Assembly: GCA_964291625.2 (NCBI GenBank)
Contig: OZ220089.1
Location: 3,168,001-3,232,000 of the forward strand
Length of the DNA: 64,000 bases
Origin: Candidatus Latescibacterota bacterium
GTDB taxonomy: Bacteria > Latescibacterota > UBA2968 > UBA8231
Direction of reading: 5' to 3'
Shown one piece after another: positions 39,196 to 48,577 of this stretch; the first letter of the stretch is position 1, and the number at the start of each line of letters is the position of its first letter. The translations under genes were made by a program, and so were the position numbers. The notes beneath the pieces are model-generated. The model saw only the letters and a list, made by a program, of their open reading frames with translations. It was not told where the DNA came from and did no database searches.

Positions 39196-41655
39196 CTACA
39201 GCCCCAACCACCAGTTGCCCTTGACCAGCAGGATGCTCTGCCCCGGGTCGAGGAAGGTGCTGCCCAGGTCGTCCCCGGGTCGGAACCGGGGGTCGAGAGC
39301 ATCGAAGCCGCGACCGCGGCTCTGCTGCCAGACGAGGAAGAGGGTGCTGCCGGGCCGGAACTCCCAGCGCAGCACCAGGTTGGAGTGCAGGGAGCGGAAG
39401 TGGAAGTCGGGGTTCCCGTCGAACCCGTCGTACGGGAGGAACTCGTAGGACCGGGGGCGGGCCAGCTCCTTGATGGCGCCGTAGTCGCCGGTGGTCACGA
39501 AGGGCTGGGCATAGAGCTGCAGGCTCAGGGTGGGCGTGAAGGTCCAGTCGCCGCGTACGCTGATGTCCAGGACGCGGCTCTCGAGCTCTCCGAAGATGAA
39601 GCGGTCGTCGTCGCCGTCGCCGTCGTCGTCCCTGTTCCGCAGCCACTGGGCGAAGTTGCGCTGGAAGTTGTAGCTCGGGCCGATCTCCAGGCTGAGCTGG
39701 GACATGGGCTGGAACTCGAGACGGGCCCAGACCCCGGATTGCAGGTTGTCCCCGGACCGGCTCTCGAAGAAGCTCCAGCCGAACCGGCCGGTGACGGGCT
39801 TCCGGTCATCGCTCCACACGCTCAGGTTGATCCGGGTGTCGGACGGTGCGACCATGATCGGTCCGCCGCGGGTGACCACCTCGTCGAAGCCCTCGAGGTT
39901 GCGGATCCCCTGGGCCCAGAAACCCCAGTAGTTGTGGAGGTAGTGCCAGGTGTTGAAGGCCATCCCCCGGTACAGCCGCTGGCGGGCGTAGTTCCAGCGG
40001 GTGAAGAGGTCGAGCTCAAACCCGGAGCGGCGCGCCAGCCAGTACGGGTGGAGCTTCTCGTGATACAGGCCCAGTCCCGCCTGGATGCGGTTGCGGGGCT
40101 TCATCCACCCCAGGTCGTTGACCTGGAAGGCGGGGGACCGCGCGTCGACATGGACCTGGCCGCCGAAGGCACCGCCGGACTTCCCGAGGTTGACGAGGCC
40201 CTCCCAGCCGGTGCCGCGATCCTCCTCCTGTCCGGTGCGGCTCACGGCAAGCCGGGTGTAGAGCCGGTAGGCGTTGTCCCGCCACTTGAGGTGCAGGTCG
40301 CCGGCCCCGACGTAGGCCGGGTCGAAGCCGCGGCCGTTGACCGCCGTGACCTCGGCGCCGGCGGTGGAGTTGGTCAGCAGGTCCTGCTGCACGCGGCCGA
40401 CCAGGTAGTTGGTGACCGGCTCCACCTCGACGCGGCGGCGCAGCGTGTCGGCCTGCTCGACGAGCACCTCCTCGCGGCCGGTGACGGCGTTGAGGAGACC
40501 GAAGGCCGTGCGTCCCCCGGTCTTTCCCGAGAGCTTGAGGGCCCCGAGGATCGTGGTGTGGTCGGGACGCTCCAGTTCCCTGCTGTCGGCGGGAAGGGGG
40601 AACCGCGAGGGCGGCCGGCCGATGCGCCGCGAGTGGAACAGGCGCGCCTGCCCGGTAACGCCCGTGATCCCCGGGCGGGGGGACTGGAAGATCTGGATGC
40701 CCTCCAGGAAGAAGGGCCGGCGCTCGCGGTGACGGGTCTCGAAGACGGTCAGGTTGAGCACCGCCGGATCGCCCTCGACCTGGCCGAAGTCCGGGTTGAC
40801 GGTGGCATTGAGGGAGATGTTGGAGGACAGGCCGTAGCGCAGGTCGACGCCGGCCGAGGAGGCCAGATCGTGGTCGCCGCCGCCGTCTCCCACGGGCCGG
40901 ATGCTGCGGCCCACGGTGAAGGGGAGGATCTCGAGACTTCGCCGCGGCTCGATCCCCTCGATCCCCTCGAGGTGGCCGAAGCGCGAGGCGTAGCCGGTGA
41001 CGCCCCGGGGCACGTAGCTCCATGCCACCTTCTCGGCCCGGCGGCTGATCTTGCGAAAGACGTTGATCCCCCACGTCGTGCTCTCGCCGAAGCGCAGGGC
41101 GTGGTAGGGGATCTTCAACTCCACGCTCCAGCCGTCCGGGCGCATCGCCGTGGCCGCCTCGGCCACGCTGTCCCAGCCGTCGTCGTAGTCGTCGTCGTTG
41201 TAGATGATCGCGTCCCCGATCCAGCCCGAGGGGCCGACGGTGAAGAAGGCGCCCGTCTGGTGGTCGTGGTGGGGGTCGAGGTCGATCTCGAGGAAGTCGC
41301 GCTCGCGCCACTCGTCACGTCTCGCCAGGGCCACGGTGACGCTGTCGGGATCGTCGTAGCAGACGGCGGCGACGTAGAGGGCGTCGTCGTCGTAGGCCAC
41401 CTGGAAGGTGGTGCGAAGGGACGCCGGCTCGCCGTCGTTCGGGTCGCGCTGGGTGAAGCCCTCGTTCAGGGGGGCGAGCTTCCAGATCTCGTCGTCGACG
41501 ACGCCGTCCAGGCGGGGCGGTACCTCCGTGCGCACCGCGACCGCGGTCCTCTGCGGGTGCGCCATCCACTGCTGCATCCTGGCGTCACCGGCCTCATCGG
41601 CCGCCGCCTCGTGGAGGAGAACACCGAGGACCAGCGACGCGGCAGATCGATGCAT
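39196..41655 (-). CDS. CBM9-like plus DUF5916 outer-membrane protein
   Basis: PRLDGVVDD, YDDDALYVA, ELKIPY, TVNPDFGQVE, ERRPFFLEG, SRRIG, LRWEFRPGS. Confidence 0.85.
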   Translation of the reverse strand: MHRSAASLVLGVLLHEAAADEAGDARMQQWMAHPQRTAVAVRTEVPPRLDGVVDDEIWKLAPLNEGFTQRDPNDGEPASLRTTFQVAYDDDALYVAAVCYDDPDSVTVALARRDEWRERDFLEIDLDPHHDHQTGAFFTVGPSGWIGDAIIYNDDDYDDGWDSVAEAATAMRPDGWSVELKIPYHALRFGESTTWGINVFRKISRRAEKVAWSYVPRGVTGYASRFGHLEGIEGIEPRRSLEILPFTVGRSIRPVGDGGGDHDLASSAGVDLRYGLSSNISLNATVNPDFGQVEGDPAVLNLTVFETRHRERRPFFLEGIQIFQSPRPGITGVTGQARLFHSRRIGRPPSRFPLPADSRELERPDHTTILGALKLSGKTGGRTAFGLLNAVTGREEVLVEQADTLRRRVEVEPVTNYLVGRVQQDLLTNSTAGAEVTAVNGRGFDPAYVGAGDLHLKWRDNAYRLYTRLAVSRTGQEEDRGTGWEGLVNLGKSGGAFGGQVHVDARSPAFQVNDLGWMKPRNRIQAGLGLYHEKLHPYWLARRSGFELDLFTRWNYARQRLYRGMAFNTWHYLHNYWGFWAQGIRNLEGFDEVVTRGGPIMVAPSDTRINLSVWSDDRKPVTGRFGWSFFESRSGDNLQSGVWARLEFQPMSQLSLEIGPSYNFQRNFAQWLRNRDDDGDGDDDRFIFGELESRVLDISVRGDWTFTPTLSLQLYAQPFVTTGDYGAIKELARPRSYEFLPYDGFDGNPDFHFRSLHSNLVLRWEFRPGSTLFLVWQQSRGRGFDALDPRFRPGDDLGSTFLDPGQSILLVKGNWWLGL

Positions 41656-41751
41656 GGTGGTCCTCCTGTGGAATCAGGATCGAGGCTTGCTCAGTACAGC
41701 ACGGGTCGCTCTACACAATGTCAAGGAAAAAGGCGGGGGCGGCCCAGCTGA

Positions 41752-42263
41752 CTACGGGGCCCCGGACTTCCCCGTACCCTGCACGGCAAGGTGCTGGAAC
41801 GACGCCCGGGGAGTGACATGCTCCAGACACGAAAAGGGCACGTCATTCAAGCGAAACGACACATCGAACGGCGACATGAGACCTTCGATCAAGTGAAACT
41901 GAGATTGGTAAACGAGATCGTTCATTGAACCGATTACGGACCGGTTGAGTGCCTTGGAGAAGCTCGCTCGTTCGAGGCGGGGTACGATCAACCGCTCGAA
42001 GATGAATCCGTGGTCGTCTGCCCGAAGGAACTCACCCATGTAGCTCGTGATCCGATCCAGAAAGCGGCAGTCATCGGTCATGCCTCTGCCAAACATCACC
42101 ATGGAGTAGAGGGATGCCGTGTTGGTAATCAGGATGTATTGAGTTCGGTCTGCCCTGAACAAGTGGGCCGACCAGTCGACGAAAGGATTGGGATCAGCAG
42201 GAAGAACCCTGTCCGGGTCTGGTGGATCTTCTTGCCGAGCTTGGCTGATACTCGAACGATCAC
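41752..42263 (-). pseudogene. DUF6933-like protein with a frameshift near 42222
   Basis: RBS GAGGAGG + GTG start VIVRVSAKLGKKI in one frame; PNPFVDWSAHLF..NRSVIGSMND..LNDVP in another. Confidence 0.62.
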
Positions 42264-42277
42264 CTGCCTCCTCGATC

Positions 42278-42392
42278 TCACACTCGAAGGAAGTCTTCTA
42301 CCATTACTCCCGCTTGCCATTCAGAATGGCAGATACGGTGCCCTCCGGCAAATCTGGCTGCCTCGTGCGTGTCGGTCAAACGTGAATCCCAT
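42278..42392 (-). pseudogene. decayed HicA-family toxin
   Basis: Fragments GFTFDRHARGS / DLPEGTVSAIL / QAGVMVEDFLRV in different frames; catalytic GSH-W segment deleted. Confidence 0.65.
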
Positions 42393-42591
42393 TGTGCAAG
42401 CCATCCGGCAGCGGGTCGCCATGCTCCCTGCAGGACTCGACCAGTTTCCTCGCCACATCTTGAGCGATTTCAACCGTTTCAGCCACTGTTCGTCCTTGGG
42501 CCACCAAGCGGGCAAAATCATCTGAAGTAGCCAGGTACTGACCGTTTTCTACTCGTCTGATCTGAAGGTGCAGCCGGTATTCCTCTGACAT
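42376..42591 (-). CDS. HicB-family antitoxin (C-terminus possibly altered by a deletion)
   Basis: YLATSDD..LVAQGRTVAETVEIAQDVARKLVES..HGDPLP. Confidence 0.8.
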   Translation of the reverse strand: MSEEYRLHLQIRRVENGQYLATSDDFARLVAQGRTVAETVEIAQDVARKLVESCREHGDPLPDGLHNGIHV

Positions 42592-42865
42592 GCGAGATCG
42601 CATCTCTGTACTCTATCGCCTGAGTGTCCAATTGGCGAACAGTTGGTTCGGGAATCGCGGGCATCCGCTGGTTGTGGGAAGGTATGTGTTCGTGTGAACA
42701 GTGACCACCATTGGTCGTGCGCCAGGTCGCAGTCCGGAGATCGGGAGCGGATGGTGGGGCATGAGGGGAGGAATCGAGCCAGAGGCCACTGTACCCTGAC
42801 GGTCCTGCGGGCAGTTTCTTGCGGGCCGTTGGGGCCCGGGCCCGGGGAGGAGCCGAACTTGCCCG

Positions 42866-43069
42866 TTGCCATTTACCCGCCGCGTCGGTCTTCGGCTGTT
42901 CCACGAGCGGGCCATCGAGCAGACCGACGGCACGACGATGGACAACTTCAACACGGTCTTCGACTACGAGTTCACGCCGGAGAGCCACTTCTACCTGGTG
43001 CTCGTGCGCGATCACGATCGCACACGGGCCGCCTTCAGCAAGATCGCCTATCTCTTCGGCGTGATCTGA
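42866..43069 (+). pseudogene. orphan 3' fragment of an outer-membrane beta-barrel-like gene
   Basis: Host-like codon usage; alternating beta-strands ending FSKIAYLFGVI; no convincing start or RBS. Confidence 0.45.
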
Positions 43070-43088
43070 CGGTCAGGGGGGCAAGCGG

Positions 43089-43541
43089 TCATGGCTCCTC
43101 GAGAGCGAAGTGGACCTCGCCGCCGAATCGGCCGTCCCGCCGATGGGTGACTCGAAAGCCGAACCGCTCGTAGAACCTGATGACGCCATCCCAGGTAGCA
43201 GTCGTTTCCAGGACGATGCGCCGGAATCCTGACTGCCTGGCCTCCTGGCAGAGCCGTGCGAGGATCTCCTTGCCGATCCCGTGCCGGCGAAACTTGGAAG
43301 CCACCGACATCCTGACGATCTCCGCGGTCCGATCCGACCGGGGGACCAGGGCACCACAGCCGACGATCCTGCCGTCGACCCGGGCCACCAGGAAGGTGGC
43401 ATCCCCGTAGCTTGCAGCTATGTCGAGGAGATCCGGATTGAGCGCCGGGTCCACTTCTCCCCAGTGCTCGGCGAGTCCGGCCAGGATCAGGCTCTGGACA
43501 GCCTGCTGGTCCTTGCTCTCGAAGGGCTCTATGGAGATCAG
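43089..43541 (-). CDS. GNAT-family N-acetyltransferase (start uncertain)
   Basis: IVGCGAL, RMSVASKFRRHGIG, LETT, FYERFGF; the frame stays open upstream of the GTG at 43454 with GNAT-like IEPFESKDQQAVQSLILAGL. Confidence 0.82.
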   Translation of the reverse strand: MISIEPFESKDQQAVQSLILAGLAEHWGEVDPALNPDLLDIAASYGDATFLVARVDGRIVGCGALVPRSDRTAEIVRMSVASKFRRHGIGKEILARLCQEARQSGFRRIVLETTATWDGVIRFYERFGFRVTHRRDGRFGGEVHFALEEP

Positions 43542-43604
43542 GACCGGTGCGCCATCAAGTGGAGTGCCGCGAAAGGCCCGCTGCCGAGGACCCGTCGACC
43601 GCCC

Positions 43605-45566
43605 TCAGTCCGGCTGCACCGCTGCCAGGACCTGCGACTCGCCGACCTGATCTCCGGCCGAGACCGCCACGGAGACGACGGTGCCGCTCACGGGCGAGGG
43701 CACGGGCACCTCCATCTTCATCGCCTCGATCATGACCACGGCGTCGCCGTCGCTGACCGCGGTTCCCGGCTCGGCGACGATGCGCACCACCTTGCCGGGC
43801 ATGTGCGACTCCACGGGTACGGTGCCGCCCGCGGTCTCGGTCGCGCCCGAAGGGGCGCTGGGTGCGGCGGGCCGGGCAGGACTCGCGCCGCTCTCCGCCG
43901 GGGCGGCCGGCGCCGCGGGTGCGCTCTCGGCGGCCGCGGGCTGGCCGCCTTCGTCGGCGCTCACGTCGTAGGTCTTGTCGCCAACCCTCACCTTGTCGCC
44001 ATCGACGACGACGGTGTAGGAGCGGCCCTCCACCTTGACCGAGTAGGACGCCGGACCTTCGGGGACGGGTGCGGGTGGGGGTGCTGATGGTGCGGGTTCG
44101 GGTGCCGGCGCGGGTGCGGGCGGCGCGGGCACGGGTGCCGCAGGGGCCGGCTCGGGCTCCGCGTCGTCGACCTTGCGGACCCCCAGTTCGGCCCCGCCCT
44201 TGAGGAAGGCGATCCCCTTGTCGCCGCAGGCGGCGGCGATGAAGATGTTCTCGTCCGTCGTCTCCAGCCCCTGTGCTCTCAGCCGCTTGCGCGCCGCTTC
44301 GACGCCCTTCTCGGGGTCGGCATCGTCCAGCTCCAGGGGCGGACGGTCGGTCGGCTGCAGACCCAGCTGCTCGCTGGCGCGGGCGACCACCTCGGGATCG
44401 GGCGGCACCGGGGTCTTGCCGAAGTAGCCCAGGACCATGCGGCCGTAGTCGTCGGCGATGCGCTCCCACGGGCCGAGCATGACGTTGTTGAAGGCCTGCT
44501 GGAAGTAGAACTGCGACACGGGCGTCACCGAGGTGCCGAAGCCGCCGCGCTCGACGACCTCGCCCATGGCGCGGATCATCTCGGGGTAGCGATCCATGAT
44601 GCCGTTGTCGCGCAGCATCTGGGTGTTGGCCGTCAGCGCCCCTCCGGGCATCGGGCTCCAGGGGATCATGGGCTCCACGGCCACCGCCTCGGGCGGCAGG
44701 TAGTAGTCGCGCATGCACTCCTTGAAGACCTCTTCCGCCTCCCGGACCTTGTCGACGTCGATGTCGAGGTCGTACTCGGTGTCGCGCAGGGCGTGCCACA
44801 TGACCAGCACGTCGGGCTGGCAGGTACCGCCCGAGACCGGCGCCAGGGAGAGGTCGATGGCGTCGGCGCCGGCGTCGAGGGCGGCGTTGTAGGCCTGCAC
44901 CGAGATGCCGGCGGTCTCGTGGGTGTGGAAGTGGATGAAGGTGCCCTCGGGCAGCAGCCGCCGGGCCTGCACGATCGTCTCGAAGACGGTGGCCGGCACC
45001 GCCGTGCCGGAGGCGTCCTTGAAGCAGACCGAGTCGAAGGGGATGTCGGCGTCGAGGATCCTGCGCAGGGTCTCGGTGTAGAAGGCCGGGTCGTGGGCGC
45101 CGCGGCACCCCGGCGGCAGGGCCATCATGGTGACGCAGACTTGGTGCTTGAGCCCCGCCTCGACGATGCAGCGGCCCGAGTGGATCAGGTTGTCCACGTC
45201 GTTGAGGGCGTCGAAGTTGCGGATCGTCGTCATGCCGTGGCGGGCGAAGAGGTCGGCGTGGAGCTTGATGATGTCGCTCGGCTGCGAGTCGAGGCCGACG
45301 ACGTTCACGCCCCGCGACAAGGTCTGCAGGTTCGCCTCCGGGCCGGCGGTCTCCCGGAAGGCGTCCATCATGTCGAAGGCGTCCTCGTTGCAGTAGAAGT
45401 AGAGGGACTGGAAGCGGGCCCCGCCGCCGGCCTCGAAGTAGTCGATGCCGGCCTCGCGGGCGGCCTCCAGGGCGGGGAGGAAATCGGGCGTGAGCACCCG
45501 CGCTCCGTACACGGACTGGAACCCGTCGCGGAAGGCGGTGCACATGAAGGTGACCTTCTTCGTCAT
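43605..45566 (-). CDS. oadA: oxaloacetate decarboxylase alpha subunit / pyruvate carboxylase B-type, with biotin carrier domain
   Basis: FRDGFQS, FDALND, FKDASG, HTHET, MPGG, VTPVSQ, Pro/Ala linker, EAMKME. Confidence 0.88.
   Translation of the reverse strand: MTKKVTFMCTAFRDGFQSVYGARVLTPDFLPALEAAREAGIDYFEAGGGARFQSLYFYCNEDAFDMMDAFRETAGPEANLQTLSRGVNVVGLDSQPSDIIKLHADLFARHGMTTIRNFDALNDVDNLIHSGRCIVEAGLKHQVCVTMMALPPGCRGAHDPAFYTETLRRILDADIPFDSVCFKDASGTAVPATVFETIVQARRLLPEGTFIHFHTHETAGISVQAYNAALDAGADAIDLSLAPVSGGTCQPDVLVMWHALRDTEYDLDIDVDKVREAEEVFKECMRDYYLPPEAVAVEPMIPWSPMPGGALTANTQMLRDNGIMDRYPEMIRAMGEVVERGGFGTSVTPVSQFYFQQAFNNVMLGPWERIADDYGRMVLGYFGKTPVPPDPEVVARASEQLGLQPTDRPPLELDDADPEKGVEAARKRLRAQGLETTDENIFIAAACGDKGIAFLKGGAELGVRKVDDAEPEPAPAAPVPAPPAPAPAPEPAPSAPPPAPVPEGPASYSVKVEGRSYTVVVDGDKVRVGDKTYDVSADEGGQPAAAESAPAAPAAPAESGASPARPAAPSAPSGATETAGGTVPVESHMPGKVVRIVAEPGTAVSDGDAVVMIEAMKMEVPVPSPVSGTVVSVAVSAGDQVGESQVLAAVQPD
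44067..44160 (-). repeat. low-complexity Pro/Ala linker repeat within oadA
   Basis: Imperfect 6-nt units (gggtgc on + strand) encoding PEPAPAAPVPAPPAPAPAPEPAP. Confidence 0.6.
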
Positions 45567-45567
45567 A

Positions 45568-46695
45568 TCACTTCACCATGACCGACCACAGGATGCCGGC
45601 GCAGATGGCAGAGCCGATGACGCCGGCCACGTTCGGGGCCATGGCGTGCATCAGCAGGTGGTTGTGAGGATCCTCCTGGTGCCCCAGCATCTGCACCACG
45701 CGCGCCGAGTCGGGAACGGCCGACACGCCCGCGGCGCCGACGAGGGGGTTGATCTTGTTCTCGGTGAACAGGTTGAGGAACTTGGCGAAGAGCACCCCGC
45801 CGGCGGTGGCCATGGCGAAGGAGAGGGCGCCGAGGCCGAAGATCAGCACCGACTGGGGCGTGAGGAAGACCTGGGCCTGGGTGCTGGCCCCCACCGAGAA
45901 CCCCAGGAGGATGGTGACGGTGTCCACGAAGGCGTGGCGCGCCGTCTCCGCCAGGCGCTCGGTGACGCCGCTCTCCTTCAGCAGGTTGCCGAACATGAGC
46001 ATGCCCACCAGGGCCAGGGAGCCGGGGGCGATGACGGCGGCGATGAGGAAGGCGGCGATGGGGAAGACGATGCGCTCCCGGCGCGACACCTGGCGCGGCG
46101 TCGGCATGCGGATGAGGCGCTCCTTGCGCGTTGTCAGCAGGCGCATGACCGGCGGCTGGATGACCGGCACCAGGGCCATGTAGGAGTAGGCGGCGATGGC
46201 GATGGCGCTGATCAGGTGCGGGGCGAGCTTGGCGGAGAGGAAGATCGCCGTGGGGCCGTCGGCGCCGCCGATGATGCCGATGGCGCCGGCTTCCTCGGGG
46301 GTGAAGCCGAGGTAGAGGGCGCCGATGAGGGTGAGGAAGATGCCCATCTGGGCGGCGGCGCCGAGGAGCACCAGCCGCGGGTTGGAGAGCATGGTGGAGA
46401 AGTCGGTCATGGCGCCGATGCCGAGGAAGATCAGGGGCGGGTAGACGCCATGGCTGACGCCGAAGTAGAGGTAGTAGAGAACGCTGCCCTCGTCGTAGAC
46501 ACCGACGTCCATGCTCGGGATCGCGGCGATGTTGCCGACGATGGCGCCGAAGCCGATGGGCAGCAGCAGCAGGGGCTCGTAGTCCTTGGTGATGGCCAGG
46601 GTGATGAAGACCAGGCCGATCACGACCATGAGGACGTTGCCCCAGGTCATGGTGGCGAACCCCGTGGTGCCGAGGAACTCGAAGAGGACGCTCAT
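45568..46695 (-). CDS. oadB: Na+-translocating decarboxylase beta subunit
   Basis: YEPLLLLPIGFG, GAAAQMG, IIGGADGPTAIF, AAYSYMALVP, GVSAVPDSAR. Confidence 0.96.
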   Translation of the reverse strand: MSVLFEFLGTTGFATMTWGNVLMVVIGLVFITLAITKDYEPLLLLPIGFGAIVGNIAAIPSMDVGVYDEGSVLYYLYFGVSHGVYPPLIFLGIGAMTDFSTMLSNPRLVLLGAAAQMGIFLTLIGALYLGFTPEEAGAIGIIGGADGPTAIFLSAKLAPHLISAIAIAAYSYMALVPVIQPPVMRLLTTRKERLIRMPTPRQVSRRERIVFPIAAFLIAAVIAPGSLALVGMLMFGNLLKESGVTERLAETARHAFVDTVTILLGFSVGASTQAQVFLTPQSVLIFGLGALSFAMATAGGVLFAKFLNLFTENKINPLVGAAGVSAVPDSARVVQMLGHQEDPHNHLLMHAMAPNVAGVIGSAICAGILWSVMVK

Positions 46696-46705
46696 GGCGC
46701 CAGCG

Positions 46706-46963
46706 TCAGGCCCGGGTCCGGGTGTAGGCCCAGGCGGCGGCGGCGACGGCGGCCGGATCCTCGCGCGGCGTCTCGACCCGGCGGGGCGCGTGGTGCTCCG
46801 TTTCCGGGAACCGCCTGGCCACCGTCGCCAGGATGCGGGGCAGCAGGGTGATGAAGAGGCTGATGAGGAGCAGCGCCGTGAAGACGATGATCATGCCCGC
46901 CAGGGCGATGGGCAGGCCCTGGCCGTCGACGATGCGCTGGAGTCCGAGGTCGAAATCAGACAT
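46706..46963 (-). CDS. oadG: OadG-family subunit
   Basis: GMIIVFTALLLI TM helix and C-terminal VAAAAWA; directly upstream of oadB. Confidence 0.85.
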   Translation of the reverse strand: MSDFDLGLQRIVDGQGLPIALAGMIIVFTALLLISLFITLLPRILATVARRFPETEHHAPRRVETPREDPAAVAAAAWAYTRTRA

Positions 46964-47039
46964 AGATTACCAAGTGTCGCGTACAGGCAGCGGCTCCGCC
47001 AGAGGTAGCGGAGGGCGCCCTTGAGGAGAGGAGTCACCG

Positions 47040-48569
47040 ATGGAGGAACGGAAGCTGACGGAGGAAGAGCGCTACCAGCTCGAGGTGGGCGGATACCTGA
47101 TCCTGCCCGGGGTTCTGACCTCGGCGGAGCTGACCGCCTGCAACCAGGCCCTGGACCGCCTCGGGCCCGTGGAGGGCCCCCTGCGCTGGTCGCAGCCGCT
47201 CGGCGCGGCGCTGCTGGCCCTGCGCCACCACCCGGTGCTGACCGGCTACCTCGAGAAGATCTGCGGCCAGTTCCGCATCGACGAGTCTCCCCGCCTCCTC
47301 GGGGCGGGGGCCGCGGCCAACGGCACCGCCCTGACCGGCGGCGGCGAGCCCCTCGACTGGTCGCGGGCCTACGGCGAGCGGCAGGAGTCCTGCAGCCGCG
47401 CCGTGCGCGTCGTCTGGGCCCTGGCCGACGCCGCGGAGGGCGACGGCGGCCTGGTGGTCGTGCCCGCCAGCCACACGAGCACCGTGGAGCCGCCGCGGGA
47501 CCTGGTGAGCGGGGCCGACGACATGGGCTTGGTGAGGCAGCCGGCGCTGCGGGCCGGCGATCTGATGATCCACGCCGCGTCGCTGCTGACCGGCCTGCGC
47601 CCCTGGCGGGGGCGGGGACCGCAGCGGCTGCTCTCCTGCGGCTACCTGAGCACCAACGTGCGGCCCTCGGCCGAGTCCGAGATCCGCGGCGAGGACGACG
47701 GCGACGAGGAGTGGCGGGCGAGCCTGACGCCGGAGCAGCGCGCCGTGGTCCACAACCCGAACCGCCCCTACCCGCCGCCGGTGGTCATGTCCGACGGCGA
47801 GCGCGCCTGGCTCGAGGAGGAGGGAGGTGTCCACCATCCCTCCATCTTCACCCGGGACGCCGACTGCGGCATCGACGAGAAGGAGTTCTACTACTGGGAC
47901 CTGTGCGGCCACCTCGTGCTGCCCGGGGTGATGGACGCCGAGTGGCTGGCCGCCGCCAACCAGGCGGTCGACGCCCATGCCAACCCCAGTCCGAAGAAGG
48001 GCGGCTCGGCGGCCGGGCACTCGAAGCGGCTGGCCGGGACCGGCGGCCACCGGTCGTCCCTGGGCAACCCCTGGAAGCTGCCGGCCCCCCACGGCGAGCC
48101 GTTCCAGCGCATGATCGCCGACCCCGCCCTGGTGCAGCGGCTCAACTGGATGATGGGCAGCGGCTACGAGGCCACCCTCTGCACCAGCTTCCTCTTCGGC
48201 AAGGGTTCCTCCGGGCACCTGCTGCACGCCGGCGGCGGGCCGCCGCGGGTGGGGGCCCACTACCGGCAGCAGAACGGCCGCGTCTACGCCGAGTTCGTCA
48301 ACGTCGCCTGGCAGTTGCGCGACGTGACCGCCGCCGACGGCGGCTTCGTCTGCATCCCCGGCAGCCACAAGACCCGCTACCGGGCCCCCGATTGCGTGCT
48401 CACCTGCGAGGACGAGTTGGGGCTGGTGCGCCACGTGGAGGCCAGGGCGGGAGACGTGGTGCTGTTCCTGGCCTCGGCCCAGACCCACGGCGCCTACCCC
48501 TGGACGGGAGAGCAGGACCGCCGCGCCATCTTCTTCCAGTACAAGTCGCGGAGCCTGTACGCCCCTTGA
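47040..48569 (+). CDS. tandem-domain phytanoyl-CoA dioxygenase (PhyH)-family Fe(II)/2OG protein
   Basis: Two repeats: GYLILPGVL..GGLVVVPASH..AGD and GHLVLPGVM..GGFVCIPGSHK..AGD..THG..RR; RBS AGGAG. Confidence 0.85.
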   Translation: MEERKLTEEERYQLEVGGYLILPGVLTSAELTACNQALDRLGPVEGPLRWSQPLGAALLALRHHPVLTGYLEKICGQFRIDESPRLLGAGAAANGTALTGGGEPLDWSRAYGERQESCSRAVRVVWALADAAEGDGGLVVVPASHTSTVEPPRDLVSGADDMGLVRQPALRAGDLMIHAASLLTGLRPWRGRGPQRLLSCGYLSTNVRPSAESEIRGEDDGDEEWRASLTPEQRAVVHNPNRPYPPPVVMSDGERAWLEEEGGVHHPSIFTRDADCGIDEKEFYYWDLCGHLVLPGVMDAEWLAAANQAVDAHANPSPKKGGSAAGHSKRLAGTGGHRSSLGNPWKLPAPHGEPFQRMIADPALVQRLNWMMGSGYEATLCTSFLFGKGSSGHLLHAGGGPPRVGAHYRQQNGRVYAEFVNVAWQLRDVTAADGGFVCIPGSHKTRYRAPDCVLTCEDELGLVRHVEARAGDVVLFLASAQTHGAYPWTGEQDRRAIFFQYKSRSLYAP

Positions 48570-48577
48570 CGCGGGCG

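Noticed and set aside
41696-41724. Promoter for the DUF5916 gene
   Set aside because: TTGACA present but no acceptable -10 at 16-18 nt spacing
42600-42865. Short ORFs in the AT-richer spacer of the islet
   Set aside because: No motif, RBS or codon bias in any frame; probably non-coding or decayed
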